A DNA stretch of 62,129 bases, the filler included, from Diploschistes diacapsis (taxonomy: Eukaryota): NCBI GenBank assembly GCA_023645945.1. It is 10 parts of 10 records of this genome, joined end to end, with 100 filler letters (N's around TTAATTAATTAA, not from the genome) between each part and the next. Parts side by side here need not be neighbours in the genome. Positions count along the whole stretch, not along the records: positions 46,373 to 50,242 come from JALAIB010001830.1; positions 50,343 to 54,205 come from JALAIB010001831.1; positions 54,306 to 58,167 come from JALAIB010001832.1; positions 58,268 to 62,129 come from JALAIB010001833.1; 6 more parts are not named here. One strand, written 5' to 3'. The position numbers and the translations under genes are program-made. A model generated the notes under the pieces. That model was not told the DNA's origin. It ran no database searches and worked only from the letters and a program-made list of their open reading frames with translations. Below, piece by piece: positions 46,720 to 58,780 of this stretch (positions are counted from its first letter, which is position 1; each line of letters begins with the position of its first letter).

Positions 46720-47920
46720 CTATGTGCTCAGCATCTCCTTCTCAATTTGATCTGATCTCCTGGCTTGTTCCAGCTTCAGCCTCTCGTGCTCTTCTTGCTT
46801 CAGCCTCTTCTGGGTCAGGTCCCACCCAAGACGAACCACATACTCGTACTCAGCGCCTCGAAATACTTTGCATGCTTCCTCCATATTCAACAGGTGGCTC
46901 TCGTAGTGCAGCTCATCGCTGTCCACGCCGGTACCTTCATGCTTCAATGGCTCGTACACACTTTCCTTGCCATCTTCACCTCTGGCCTTGTCTAGCTCGA
47001 TCCTCTGAGCAAGCGTCATGTCCTTCGGGAATGCTGGAGGCGATATGTATGGTGTTGGATTGTCTAAAGTTGCTTGTGCAGTCATGCTGCAATTGAGTTC
47101 CTTTTCAATGGTTGCAGGTACCGTCTCTGCTACAAACCAGGACAATAAGTAGTCGGAGTTGTTGGTATGACGCATTATCTTCGTAAGAATGGGTTCTGTC
47201 ACATTGGGCGACTGTGGTCCTGAGAAATTATGGGGCTGTGGTTGCGCGTGCTTGATGGGAAGTGGTAGAAGACGGTTCCGATAGCCTGACTGTCCTCGAT
47301 CAGTATTCTTTGTACGTCGTTTCACTGTGCTGATAACATAACTTGAGATTGAAATTGTCTCAGGATATTAATCAAGACCTAAGGAAAACCGGGGAGGCAT
47401 GCTTCGCGAACAGAACGGACATTCCGTGAAGAACAGCTAGCATACTTCTTCGTAACCTTCCCTTTCAGCGCCCACCCGTGAGTCCTCGTTTGGATCTCGC
47501 CTTCCTTTTGGAAGGAACCAGTAGCCGTTCCTAGAATCTCGGCAAACCACGATACGCAGAGTCGCCAAATGGAAGATGACAACCCCGCCGGCCATACAAA
47601 GCTGGTTGCTTTCCCAACAAGCTCGGTAAAGTCTATTGTATAGATCTTCTGGTTTCCATTCGCTTTGGGGGGTAAAAGCAGCCGTTTTAGCCTTGCCGTG
47701 ACCATCATTGGCTGGGTGGTGACTTGCAGTTGATATGGTAGTTTGAAGGCTTGGAGATCGGTCGCCCCTATAAAGAAGCAAGTCGTTAATATTATATGAT
47801 ATAATTCCACGGTATCACAGCAATGTCTATTGGACAAAGAATAGCAATGAAAGATAATATAACAACTGGGTTTTGAATGTCTCACTTTTGACTCCTGGTA
47901 ATCTTGAAGAGGTCAATCAT
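46720..47920 (-). CDS. NUDIX hydrolase, 3 exons
   Basis: Nudix box WFLPKGRRDPNEDSRVGAEREGYEE/SGY assembled across an intron. First exon MIDLFKITRSQK splices in frame to GDRS. Confidence 0.82.
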
Positions 47921-48262
47921 ATTGACTATAAGAAAATAGACTTTCTAAGTGTTGGTGAAAGAGAATATCTGTTTAAGGATGAATACTTATAGAAGTTTGT
48001 CGTTGCTGGAGTGTTAGCAAAGCTCTTAGCATTGTGGGTAGTAGCGCGGCGGTCTAAGCGAGGTAGAAGTCCTGGAAACTATTCTGTTTCTTAAAACAAA
48101 CATCGCAATGCATTCTCCAGAATCCTAAACAGATGAGTTGTGTTTGGCTGATGCATATCATGACAAACAAGTTTTATTTTTCCTTCTCGCTGAAGTACAG
48201 CACTGCATTAGGGGCGGGCATAGACTACTATCCCCGCGGAGCAATGCAGCAATTGCTACATA

Positions 48263-49258
48263 CTAAAGCTCATCTCTAAATGACTTGTTGATCTCCGGCA
48301 AAGTATGTTTCCCAAAGAACTCCATGATAATGGGCGTAGCATTGAATGGCGATGGCCCATATCTTTGGTCATCATCACCTTGCTTTTGTGCGCTGGGCCA
48401 GCCATGTCCGAAATCCTGGATGCAATAATGTAGAACTGTATCTTTGGATGAACCACATTTCCAGGCCATTCTTTCCACTAGATTGCCAAAGAGCATAGTG
48501 TTTTCGCTTTCCTGACCTGCTTGGCAACCGTTTCTCTCCGCCCACGTTGGACCCCAATTAGCAATATCAAACGTTTGTCCGTCTGGAGTGCCTTTGCCAT
48601 GGTAATGTATAACGGGATCCTTGGTACCATGAAACTCCATAGCTGGGAGAGGAGTGTGGGCTGGTGTACAATGACCGAACAATGGTTCCTTCAACGACTC
48701 ATCAAGATAAAACGCGCCAGATGCGATTGCGACTGCTGCTAGCTTACTAGACACCGTAGGGTCGCAAGCAAGGAGCTGGGTAAGCCCTCCGCCATTGGAG
48801 AAGCCTACGGCATAGATACGTCGCATATCAACACAGAAGATCTGGGTGACATGCTCGATCAAATGACCTGCAAACTTGATGTCGTCGATCTGGCTCAAAG
48901 GAGGAGATGCTGGATCGCCGGTCCACTGCTTGTCAATGGCTTGCGGATATGCCACAATTGCTTCATTATTAAAATGATGTTCGGAGAGCTGGGTCTGCTT
49001 CCTGAACTCCAAATTCTCCTGGTTCTTGCCGTGGAAAGCAATTATCAGGGGTGACGGCTGCTCCACCTTCCAAGATTGTGGTAAATCCAAAATGTATTCC
49101 CGCACGCCATTGTTGGAAGTCCCAATCTTTAAGACCTGGGAGGGAGCGTGCTCCGCGATTTGTGTGCTCAATGAGTGACACCCAGGGCCAGCATTTGGCT
49201 TGTAGGCAAGAGCATTGAGCGAGAAGGATACAGAAACAAAAGTCAAGAAGGTTTTCAT
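48263..49258 (-). CDS. CE1-type (feruloyl esterase / PHB-depolymerase-like) alpha/beta hydrolase with signal peptide and C-terminal RDEL
   Basis: Signal peptide MKTFLTFVSVSFSLNALA, PLIIAFHG, nucleophile motif GFSNGG, FHGTKDPVI, GHGWP. The ORF-track start at 49297 is a GTG; the first ATG is at 49258. Confidence 0.88.
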   Translation of the reverse strand: MKTFLTFVSVSFSLNALAYKPNAGPGCHSLSTQIAEHAPSQVLKIGTSNNGVREYILDLPQSWKVEQPSPLIIAFHGKNQENLEFRKQTQLSEHHFNNEAIVAYPQAIDKQWTGDPASPPLSQIDDIKFAGHLIEHVTQIFCVDMRRIYAVGFSNGGGLTQLLACDPTVSSKLAAVAIASGAFYLDESLKEPLFGHCTPAHTPLPAMEFHGTKDPVIHYHGKGTPDGQTFDIANWGPTWAERNGCQAGQESENTMLFGNLVERMAWKCGSSKDTVLHYCIQDFGHGWPSAQKQGDDDQRYGPSPFNATPIIMEFFGKHTLPEINKSFRDEL

Positions 49259-49475
49259 AGCCTCGATAGACGTGCGGTCTGCCTTCTGTGTGGCCACCTA
49301 CCTCTTGGTGTGCTTAGATTCTTCCACAAAGAAGTTTCGGCATGTTCAATGCTAGACTTTTGAGCCTGAGATAACGAAAGGACTGTCAAACGTATGCCAA
49401 GAAGAGAGGAGTGCTAGGGCTGAACAACGGGTAGGTACGGCAGGGGTTGTTAGGTCATCCTTCTCAACTTCTGTA

Positions 49476-50242
49476 GAGTGTTGCCCCTAGTAACCGAGCG
49501 GACCCTAGTAACCGATCATCCATAAACGCTTTTTACACCCAAAATACCTTCCCCTTTTTTATCCATTATAAGCTCCATATATTTTTTTATTTTTTGCTAA
49601 TTTAAACCTAGATATTCTCGATAATAAAAAATGTTTTTATCGAAACGAAAATTTAATCCCTTCCGCTATCGTTCCGTGAAATCGCTCGACGTAACGGCGT
49701 TTCTTTCTTTTTCCTTCTCGACAAGCTTAATGGCCGCTCTAAAAAATCTACTGACCATTAATCGCAGTAATTTTTAATTATTAAATAAAAAAATGTCTTT
49801 ACGAGATATATAGAACGTTTATAGGCCGAAAGATTCTTTATTTCTATCATAATATTTAAAAACTTAGCGGCGGAGATCTAAAATATTTCCGAACCGAATA
49901 ACTAACGCTAACCAGACCGTCACTAACCGCAGCGCTTCTTAAAAAGGTATCCAAAACTAAGTACAGTTTAGAATAACTTTCTTTTAAATAAAAAAACCGA
50001 CGCCGCGGTGTCGGGAATTTTACGCTCGTTTTTAGAACGTTTTTAAAAACTCCGCGTCTAGTACGACGTTATTTCTAGAAATATTTAGAATATAGACGAA
50101 AAAGGGATCTAACTCGGCGCTAAAGAACGTACGAAGATCGTCGTATATATCCTTTATCGCTAAATCGATCGCTAACGCTTAATCGCGGGTAATCGCGATC
50201 TAATAACGATAATCGAGACGGTCTTAATTAAAAGAAAATAAC
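49476..50242 (+). mobile_element. RIP-degraded pogo/Fot1-type (Tc1/mariner) DNA transposon, 5' part
   Basis: Preceded by TA. Terminal region has a CCCTAGTAACCGA direct repeat. Relic HTH (EIARRNGVS) and DDE-domain motifs IDEKGI*LG and GNRDLITIIE. Confidence 0.8.
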
Positions 50243-52194
50243 NNNNNNNNNNNNNNNNNNNNNNNNNNNNNNNNNNNNNNNNNNNNTTAATTAATTAANN
50301 NNNNNNNNNNNNNNNNNNNNNNNNNNNNNNNNNNNNNNNNNNGATTTCTTGGAGGTGAGTTTCGAGCTGTTGCGAATAGGGGAAGGGGGAGGGGTTTTTG
50401 TTCATCTGGTCTAATGTGCGAGATTCATTAGGTCGAGGACTTGGAAAAGCTGGCGCCTCAGTTGATCCTTGATTTCTGAGAGCATGTATACCGGAGGATG
50501 GCCTCTGTGTATATCGAGGCATTCCAGACAAGTGGCGGACATCAATGCGTCAGCTTTGTTACTTGAAGTTTGCGATCTCTAGGAGCCTCGCGATTGATCA
50601 AAAATAACCATGGAGCAAAAAAGCTGTCATTTCTCCAACGGCGCCGCAGAGAGACCCCTGTCAGTTCAGACGATATGAGCTGTGGTGTTCTCTAGCTATC
50701 GAGGAATCGAGTTTGGTTTGTCTACTTTGCGATCTATGCCTGATCGTAAACGCCGTATGCAGTTGTCACTTGCCGACTTAGCGTGCGCCTACTGCCTAAT
50801 TATAGGGGCCAAGAACTCTGTGATCGTTGGCGTCGGCTTCTTCAGCCATGTATGGTTAACAGAAGCCCTGATACCTAACACTATTAGATTCGGCCGCATC
50901 TAGGAACTTGGGATTGACTTGAGCTAAGCTTATTAGTAGTCAAGTTCAATGCAATCAAGAAGACGTAGGAAGCAGTCTTCCAACAAGACGCAAGTGCATT
51001 TCGAACACGAGTCGCGAGAACTTAAGGTCACGCATATTTATTCAATGGGATCTGTCACAACAAGAAGACACTGGATGCGTCCATGTCTGAGCACGCAGGG
51101 GCTTCGTGATCCTGTGTCATTTCTGTAAGACTATATGCGCCGGTTTGGAGGGTCTCGACTCCCAATCCTTCAGGTTGAGCCGCAAGTCTCGTATCGGTGA
51201 TCGTCGACGGAACGGAGTTGATGCTCACCAAATGGTAATTCTAAAGATACTGACTCCTTATAGATAGATGCTATATGCCTGGCATACCAGGCCTACTAGT
51301 CTTAGAAGCGGGTTCAATGTGCCAACAGAAATTCCCTATACACATCAAGGAACGTAGACATGCAACCTAGAAACGTACCTCAGAAACCACAAGCCTGTAT
51401 CTTCGAGCCATAAGGTACTGCTTTTCTCTTCAGCCGTGCTTCACAGCCATTCCTACCGATGGAGGAAGCTTTCACGTGACATGGAAAGGGTAAGGGGGCT
51501 TGGCTAGGGTTCGGCGCATAAGAAGCGCCCGAGGAATCTCAAACACAAAAAGCAACAGCTGCCTCTCATCGTCAATGCATCCATCATCCATGGCAACTGT
51601 GTCGCTCAGACTTGGAAGCCTATTCTCAGCATCTCACTGTCTCACCCCGCAAAAGAACTCGGGTGCCTTGCAAGGCTGAATTAACGATGGTCTCTTGTTT
51701 GCGAAGCGCTTCTCCAACCGTGATGACACTTTTCGTATAAACTACAACGACCATGGCGACTTCAGTTCTTATCTCGAAATAAGGTAGTTGATCAAAGAAG
51801 GCAAAAGTGGCTAGCCTCACTGGCCAGTTTCTTGATATCCCGACAGGCTAAAGATATGGATAGATCTGAAACCTTCGGAACAATGGTGATTTCATGCTTT
51901 ATGCTTACGACCCAGCCATGTCGTATCGAGGCCAAGACACTTCATGCTTCCCACCTCAGACCAAGCATACTAAATTAGATTCTTATGCCGAGCTTGAGTT
52001 GGTATATAGATCCGGCATTCAACATGTTTCTTCTTCACCCAAACAGCTTTCCTTTGCTACTTTTCTGCTGCCTTCTGCTAGCCGTGCTTGACGCATTTAC
52101 GCCCTTTTCCGCATAGAACTATCTAATAACTCTTCATTCACTCCTTTCCCGGAACTTTCTCAGCGCTAGTCGCAAGCCCAGTTCTTAGCCCAAG

Positions 52195-53052
52195 ATGCAT
52201 TTCCTCAGCGCAATCACCTCCGCTCTTCTCCTTGGTGGTGCCGCTGCCCAGCAGGACATGACAGGAACCACCTCTGGAGGTGCAGCATCTGGCAAAACAG
52301 TCAACGTCCACGTTGTTACTGTATCCAACAGCACTGGAAAGAAGCTCATGTTCAGCCCGGACAACGTCCAGGCAGCCGCTGGAGACATGGTTCAGTTCCA
52401 ATTTGCTGGAGGAGTGCGTTCCCACCGCTTTACGCTCCTTTACACACGCTAACTGTTGTCCAGAACCACACAGTCACGCAATCCACCTTTGCAAATCCTT
52501 GCGTACCAATCCAAAACATCATGTCGAACACTACTGGCTTCTTCTCCGGCTTCCAATTTGTCCAGCCAGGGTCGACCGCAATGCCAACTTACACCTTGAT
52601 GGTAAACAACACGAGCCCGATCTGGTTCTATTGCTCGCAGGGTAAACACTGTCAAAGCGGGATGGTCGGCGCCATCAACGCGTAAGTCATATCTATCACC
52701 AAATTCCACATCAAAGTTTCTAAAAGTTTTCAGAGCCCAAACAGGCGCCAAGACCCTCGCAGCATACGCCGCGCTCGCCGCCAACGCGACTCAGAACCTT
52801 TTCCCAGGCGAGGGCAGCTCCGGCTCGAGCAGCAGCTCCGGTGGCTCCAACAGTACTAGCACCGGAAGCGGTTCCGGCAGCAGTTCGAGTTCCGGTGCCT
52901 CTCCGGTTTCGCCGTCTGCACCTGCTGGTACCTCTCCCGCCCCACCTGTCAGCACCGGCGGCGCATCAGGCAGCACCTGGGCCAGCTCGAAGGGGTTCTA
53001 CACAAGCGCTTCTGTTGCTGGTTTTGTTGCTTCGATCATCATGATGCTGTAG
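52195..53052 (+). CDS. Secreted cupredoxin-like, Ser/Gly-rich, probably GPI-anchored protein, 3 exons
   Basis: Signal peptide, LMFSPDNVQAAAGDMVQFQF/NHTVTQSTFANPC...PIWFYCSQGKHCQSGMVGAIN (His/Cys/His/Met ligands), Ser/Gly stalk, hydrophobic C-terminus. Confidence 0.88.
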
Positions 53053-53502
53053 AGCACCATCCAACGGGTATACTGGGTATGGAGTTTCTGTACTAGGCTA
53101 GGGATGTTTACAGGGGGCGTATGGTGCATCTCTTCTTTTCTTGTCGGAACCATAGGGCGACTCGCCAGGTTGCGCACTTGATTGGTTGAGTAAGCAGGCG
53201 TTAGGTGGCATTGAGAATAGCAATACGCCAAAAAATAGAAAAGCAGAGCTTCAAATTGTGCATGAACGTGGAGTGCTTCAAGACTGTTGCGTTGTCGAAA
53301 CTGATGGCGTTACAGATCGCCTTTGCATAAACCAATGGGTGGCGTATACGTGATGTGACTTCTCGGCTACTATCTCTGTCTAGCTTAGCTTGCTTTCTTT
53401 CTTTCATGACTCGCGTCCTTTATCCAAGGTAAACATTGACCAAGATTGAATCTTGATGGTAGCTGGCATCAATTGCCAGACATCGAAGCTCCTACACTCT
53501 AA

Positions 53503-53969
53503 ATGGCCAGCAACTCCCGTGCCGCTGTCGACGCGCTCCTGACAGAGCACTTCCGGTACACTCCTCTCGTGCGCATCCCCGTTCCACACCATCATCCTTC
53601 CCGCTCACCACTCCCATTAACCCCTCTCTCCAGTCCCTGATCGACGACATAATCAACACCGTGAACGCCATAGTTTACCGTGCCCTCGGCGCCATCGAAT
53701 CCGGGCTCCTCAACACACGCCCCGAGATCCTCGGTTACACCGCCGACCCCTCGCCCCGGCCCGCCGAAGAGGCCGCCGAGGCGCCGCCCGCGCCACGCGA
53801 TGCGGAGGAGGTAGCACGCGCAGAGATCGAGGACGGCGTGCACCAGCTGGAAACGCTGCTGGAGACGACGGTGGACAAGAAGTTCGACATCTTCGAGCTG
53901 TATGCGCTGCGGCATATTCTTAACGTACCGGACGGGCTGGAGGAGTGGGTCATTTTGGGGCACTACGAG
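53503..53969 (+). CDS. MIS12: Mis12/Mtw1 kinetochore protein, 5' part (truncated at contig end)
   Basis: LLTEHFRYTPL/SLIDDIINTVN...EIEDGVHQLETLLETTVDKKFDIFELYALRHIL. Confidence 0.9.
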
Positions 53970-54305
53970 GTAGGTAGGTAGGTAGGTTCGGGCGCATCGG
54001 CAGTTACACACCCATCAAACCATACGCGCGGCTACGCCCCGGCTGGCTCTCATCTCCTGCCTCCCTCATGAGCATTCAGATCGACGCAAGGTCTCTCTCC
54101 ACTCGAGGCTCTCTCTCCCCCAAGGTCTGTTCCGGACATCTTGCTAACGCAGCGCCCCAAACCACAGAACATATTGCGGGGGGGGGGGGGGGGGGGGGGG
54201 GGGGGNNNNNNNNNNNNNNNNNNNNNNNNNNNNNNNNNNNNNNNNNNNNTTAATTAATTAANNNNNNNNNNNNNNNNNNNNNNNNNNNNNNNNNNNNNNN
54301 NNNNN

Positions 54306-55366
54306 TCCCAATACTCCCCAGCCCCCTCTCCTTCGCCCCCAACCTCATCCCTCGGCTCCCGCGGCTCCTGCGCCTCGTGGAACTGGATGGCGTCGTCAAT
54401 GTACGCCAACACGCGGCCCACGCTGTCGCCGCCGTCCGTCGCATCCAGCTGCAGGAAGCTGACCATGCTGAAGTCGTCGATCAGCCGCGCCACGGCGCGG
54501 TTCAGCGACTTGAAGGCGGTGCCGGCCATCAGGGCGGTTGTCGAGGCCGGGTCGGAATTTGGATCGTTGTTGGAGAGGGAGAGGGAGGAGGGTGGGTGCG
54601 TGAAGAGTTCGTCTTGGTCGGGCAGCAACCTAGTGCTGGGATCCCGGTCGTCTTCGTAGAGCAGCCCCGAGTCCGGGTCGAGGAAGCGGCGCAGCTGTTT
54701 CTTCGGCAAGACACCCTTCACCAGGTCCATTTTCGACAGCACGTTGACGTGCGGGATCTCGAGCAGGAGCATGGCAGACATGGCGGATAGAGTCCCTGCG
54801 AAGAAGCGGGCTGTGTCGAGCGTGGAGCTGGACTCGAGGAGGTAGGTGGCGCACAGGGAGAGGCCGACAGAGCCGGAGGTTGTGAGGAGCTTGACCAGTT
54901 GGGGGACGAGCGGGATGTGCGTGTAGAGCTCGATTTGGCCGGGCATGTCGATTATTACGAGGGTTGTTTCGGGAAGCGGGTCGAGGGCGTCGGTGAGGAA
55001 GGAGGGGTTCGAGAGGAGGAATCTGATGAGGTGGAGGTTAGTTGGGGGGTGGGTTGGTGGTGCATGGGGTGGCTTACTCGAAGCAGTAGATTAGCCCACC
55101 GTTCGGGCCTAGAGACATTTCTTCCATGACATCTTCAAGGGAGATGAGCTCTTTGATGTCAAGGTCTGGCTCATAGGCGAACTCCTCGGCGGCCGGATCG
55201 AGGTTGACGTAGAAGCAAGAGCGTTTCGAGTGTTGGAGGTGCTGGATTAGGGCTGTACAGAATGTTGTCTAGCGTTTGTGAGTAAGGGAAGGCAGGGCAG
55301 CAAAGGAGAAGCGCACACCTTGCCCGCCCCCGCCGGGCCCATCACTATCGTGCCAAACTTGCTCAT
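54306..55366 (-). CDS. GPN3: GPN-loop GTPase 3 (3' end at contig edge)
   Basis: MSKFGTIVMGPAGAGK/TTFC, YVNLDPAAE, LGPNGGLIYCFE, DMPGQIELYTH, NVLSKMDL, IDDAIQFHE. Confidence 0.93.
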
Positions 55367-55408
55367 GATGGAGGTAGGTTTGCGCTTATCCTTTCGTATG
55401 GGCACCTA

Positions 55409-55441
55409 TGTAGGTAAGTAGGTAGGTAGGTAGGCAGGTAG
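55409..55441. repeat. (TAGG)n imperfect microsatellite
   Basis: Read directly upstream of GPN3. Confidence 0.7.
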
Positions 55442-56143
55442 ATACCGTGTGAGGTTGATCTATGATTGCATTTCTGAAGAACCAACTACCTGGTGGCTGG
55501 CTCACGACGGGCCTTTGCAGCACCGGGTAGTACCAATATGCCCGGTACCTGCAGCGTCCAATGAACCTGTAGTTTCAAGAAAATATCTTTGGTTGGCTAA
55601 CAGCTCAATTGATGCAATTGCCGTTCCTGTTCCTGTACGAGGGCAGCACGATGCTAGACTCTGGCAGCATATACTCCCGAGTCTGGTAAACCAACGTTGA
55701 ATGCTGTAAGGGTCCAGTCCAGTCCATCTAGTATCTATCTTCTACTACCAGTGCTTAAGTTAGTTCCCGTTATTGGAGAGACTCATATACGCTTGTAGAG
55801 GGATGAAATAAGTTACTACCGGCATCAAAAAAAAAAAAAACACCTGCCGGCTGAAGCCTGAATGTTGCATCAACAGAAAGATCCCTGCGAGTGCGGACGT
55901 GCGGACGTGCGTTGTGCGTTGTGCGTGCTGAGGTTAGTGAGTAGTAAAGTGAGAAAAAAAATACATAACGCCATCCCAACCCGGCCTGACATCCCATCCC
56001 ATCCATCCTCTTCCTTTCCCTTTTGTTGGATTTTCAGCTTCATCCCCTCCTAACCTCCACAACAGACACTCGCCCGACTTATCTCCGGCTCACTCACGTT
56101 CTTGTTATTTACGTTGCTTGTTTACTTTTGTGATTAGTTCATA

Positions 56144-57506
56144 ATGGCCACCAATGGTGTACACGACACCTTCCTCTTCACGTCAGAGAGCGTGGGGGAG
56201 GGGCATGCGGACAAGATCTGGTAAGTAGAGCTCTAAACCTAGGCATTTTGCGCACTTGCTGAATACCACAGCGACCAGGTCTCCGATGCCATCCTTGACG
56301 CCTGTCTTGCGGGCGACAAGCTGTCAAAGGTAGGCTTGTTTCTCGTTCCACTGCAGTTCTGCTGATCACGCCCAAGGTTGCCTGCGAGTCAGCAACGAAA
56401 ACAGGTCAAAACGCCACAGATTCGTTCCTATTCTACAGCTGACACAGATCAACAGGCATGATCATGGTCCTCGGTGAAATTTCAACCGGCACCAAGCTTG
56501 ACTATCAGAAGATCATTCGGGAGACCATCAGGGACATCGGATACGACCACTCCGACAAGGGTTTCGACTATAAGACCCTCAATGTCTTGGTTGCTATCGA
56601 AGAGCAATCCAAAGATATTGCTCAAGGCCTACATTACGAGAAGGCATTGGAGGAGCTCGGCGCCGGCGACCAGGGCATAATGTTCGGCTATGCCACCGAC
56701 GAAACCCCGGAGTATCTCCCTCTCACTATCAAGCTCGCACACAAGCTCAATGCCGCCATGTCAGAGAAGCGAAGAAATGGCAGCTTGCCATGGCTGAGAC
56801 CAGATACCAAGACCCAGGTCACGGTCGAGTATGCCAAGGACGGCGGTGCAGTAAGGCCTCTCCGTGTGGACACCGTCGTCGTCAGCGCGCAGCACTCCGA
56901 AGAGATTTCGACTGAGAAACTACGTAAGGAGATCAAAGAAAAGATCATCCAGGAAGTGATCCCGGCCGAGTTGCTCGACGATAAAACCAAATATCACGTA
57001 ACTGTTCCTACTTATTCATGAGCTATAAATTACTAATCGGACGGCAGATTCAACCCTCTGGCCGATTTGTGATTGGCGGTCCTCAAGGCGATGCAGGCCT
57101 CACTGGCCGCAAAATCATTGTGGACACCTACGGAGGCTGGGGTGCTCACGGCGGTGGCGCTTTCAGCGGCAAAGACTACTCCAAGGTTGACCGTTCAGCT
57201 GCCTACCTTGCCCGCTGGATCGCCAAATCCCTTATCTACTCCAAGCTTGCTCGACGCGCCCTGGTTCAGCTTTCTTACGCGATTGGCGTCGCCGAGCCAC
57301 TCTCTATATTCGTCGAAACCTACGGCACCTCCGACAAGTCCTCCCACGAACTTGTAGATATCATCTGCAAGAACTTCGATATGCGCCCAGGCGTCATCGT
57401 CCAAGAACTTGATCTTGCCAGGCCCATCTACCTCAAGACCGCAAAGAATGGGCACTTCTCCGACCAGAGCTTCGCTTGGGAGAAGCCTCGGTCTTTGAAG
57501 TTCTAG
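56144..57506 (+). CDS. SAM2: S-adenosylmethionine synthetase, 5 exons
   Basis: [32 protein letters not shown] signatures. Introns at 56221-56271, 56330-56376, 56405-56455, 56998-57047. Confidence 0.97.
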
Positions 57507-57948
57507 GTTCCTTCGTGTTCCCACGGCAATGCCACTCCCAGCCTGCTCAACACTGGCTGGCTCACATATCAGGCTTGCCTGTGTGTTGCTGAAATTTGTT
57601 TCGATAACCCACGTTTTCAAGTGCGCATTTTTAGTAGATGGTAACGAAAAGTCTTGGGTTTGGTGAGGGGATATTCAACATAGATTTGTTGCTGCATGTA
57701 AGCGAGCGATGGTGTTCGGCGAATCCTTCAACAATGATTCAACGAAACGCTTCAACGATATAAATGGGAGGGAAAATAAACAACACATGTGTGGCAGCAG
57801 CATGTAGACGCGATGGATACCCCTTGTGTGGCAGATACCCGAGATCAATGCATTCAACAATTGCATTCGCAAGTACTGCGCTTTCTCGGCTGCCTCGCAA
57901 TATACAGTGACATTACTTTGCTCTTTTCCACCACGAATCCCATTCCTG

Positions 57949-58167
57949 CTACCAAACCAGCTGCATCTTCAACTTCCTCTTTCCCGAGCTTTCCTCCCGC
58001 TCATCGTGGATTCTAACCATGACCCTATCAAACAATCCCACAACCCTCTCCACGCCCTTCCCCTTGACCGTCAATACATACTCCTCCGCGTCAAACTCCC
58101 CCTCCGGTTCCCTCCCTACTCCTTCCCCATCACCACCACTACCACCTATATTCACCACGTCCCCAGC
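57949..58167 (-). CDS. DIS3: C-terminal S1-domain fragment of exosome nuclease Dis3/Rrp44
   Basis: EFDAEEYVLTV...LFDRVMVRIHDEREESSGKRKLKMQLV* resembles the fungal Dis3 C-terminus. 5' part lost at contig end. Confidence 0.65.
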   Translation of the reverse strand, partial: AGDVVNIGGSGGDGEGVGREPEGEFDAEEYVLTVKGKGVERVVGLFDRVMVRIHDEREESSGKRKLKMQLVW

Positions 58168-58780
58168 NNNNNNNNNNNNNNNNNNNNNNNNNNNNNNNNN
58201 NNNNNNNNNNNTTAATTAATTAANNNNNNNNNNNNNNNNNNNNNNNNNNNNNNNNNNNNNNNNNNNNCCCCTCCCCCCCCCAATCTTCAGAAGAAGAGGT
58301 CTTCGGATCTACTTCAACGTCTCGCCCATCTGGCTTCGACTGCAGATAGAGAGATAGATTCCTCCTCTCTTCTGTAGGGTCAAGCCGTCCATTCCTTGCA
58401 GCTTGCACCTTTCATTCGCTCATTCGACCATACATTCATTTATTCGTTCAATCACTCAGTCACTCAGTCAGTTCTTCTCGGTCGGTGCGAAACATTCTTT
58501 GCTCGTGAGTTACCCCCGTTTCCGTTACAACATCCAGACGTTGAACGGTTAGACATGGACAACGCTCGTACTGACCGAGAATGCCAATAGTATCCACCGC
58601 CCTTTCTTGCTGTCCGTTCCGGTTACCTGATCGTCAGCACCTAGTTGCCAGTTTCCACCTTCCTCTGCCAGTGCACATCAACCGTGGGCGTCGTCTCATA
58701 GCTCGAAGTGGCTGCTAACACAGAGAAATTCCCCGTTGTGGGAGCATAGACGCCAGTCTCCTTGACCTTCTGTGCACGCC

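Noticed and set aside
50343..52100. Short ORFs upstream of the cupredoxin-like gene
   Set aside because: No motifs or coherent exon structure; treated as intergenic.
54177..54205. Long poly-G run as a G-quadruplex element
   Set aside because: It lies at a contig end inside a truncated gene and is probably a sequencing or assembly artefact.
24698..57506. Apparent methionine/SAM gene cluster (MtnB and SAM synthetase in one window)
   Set aside because: The genes are on different contigs joined by artificial spacers.
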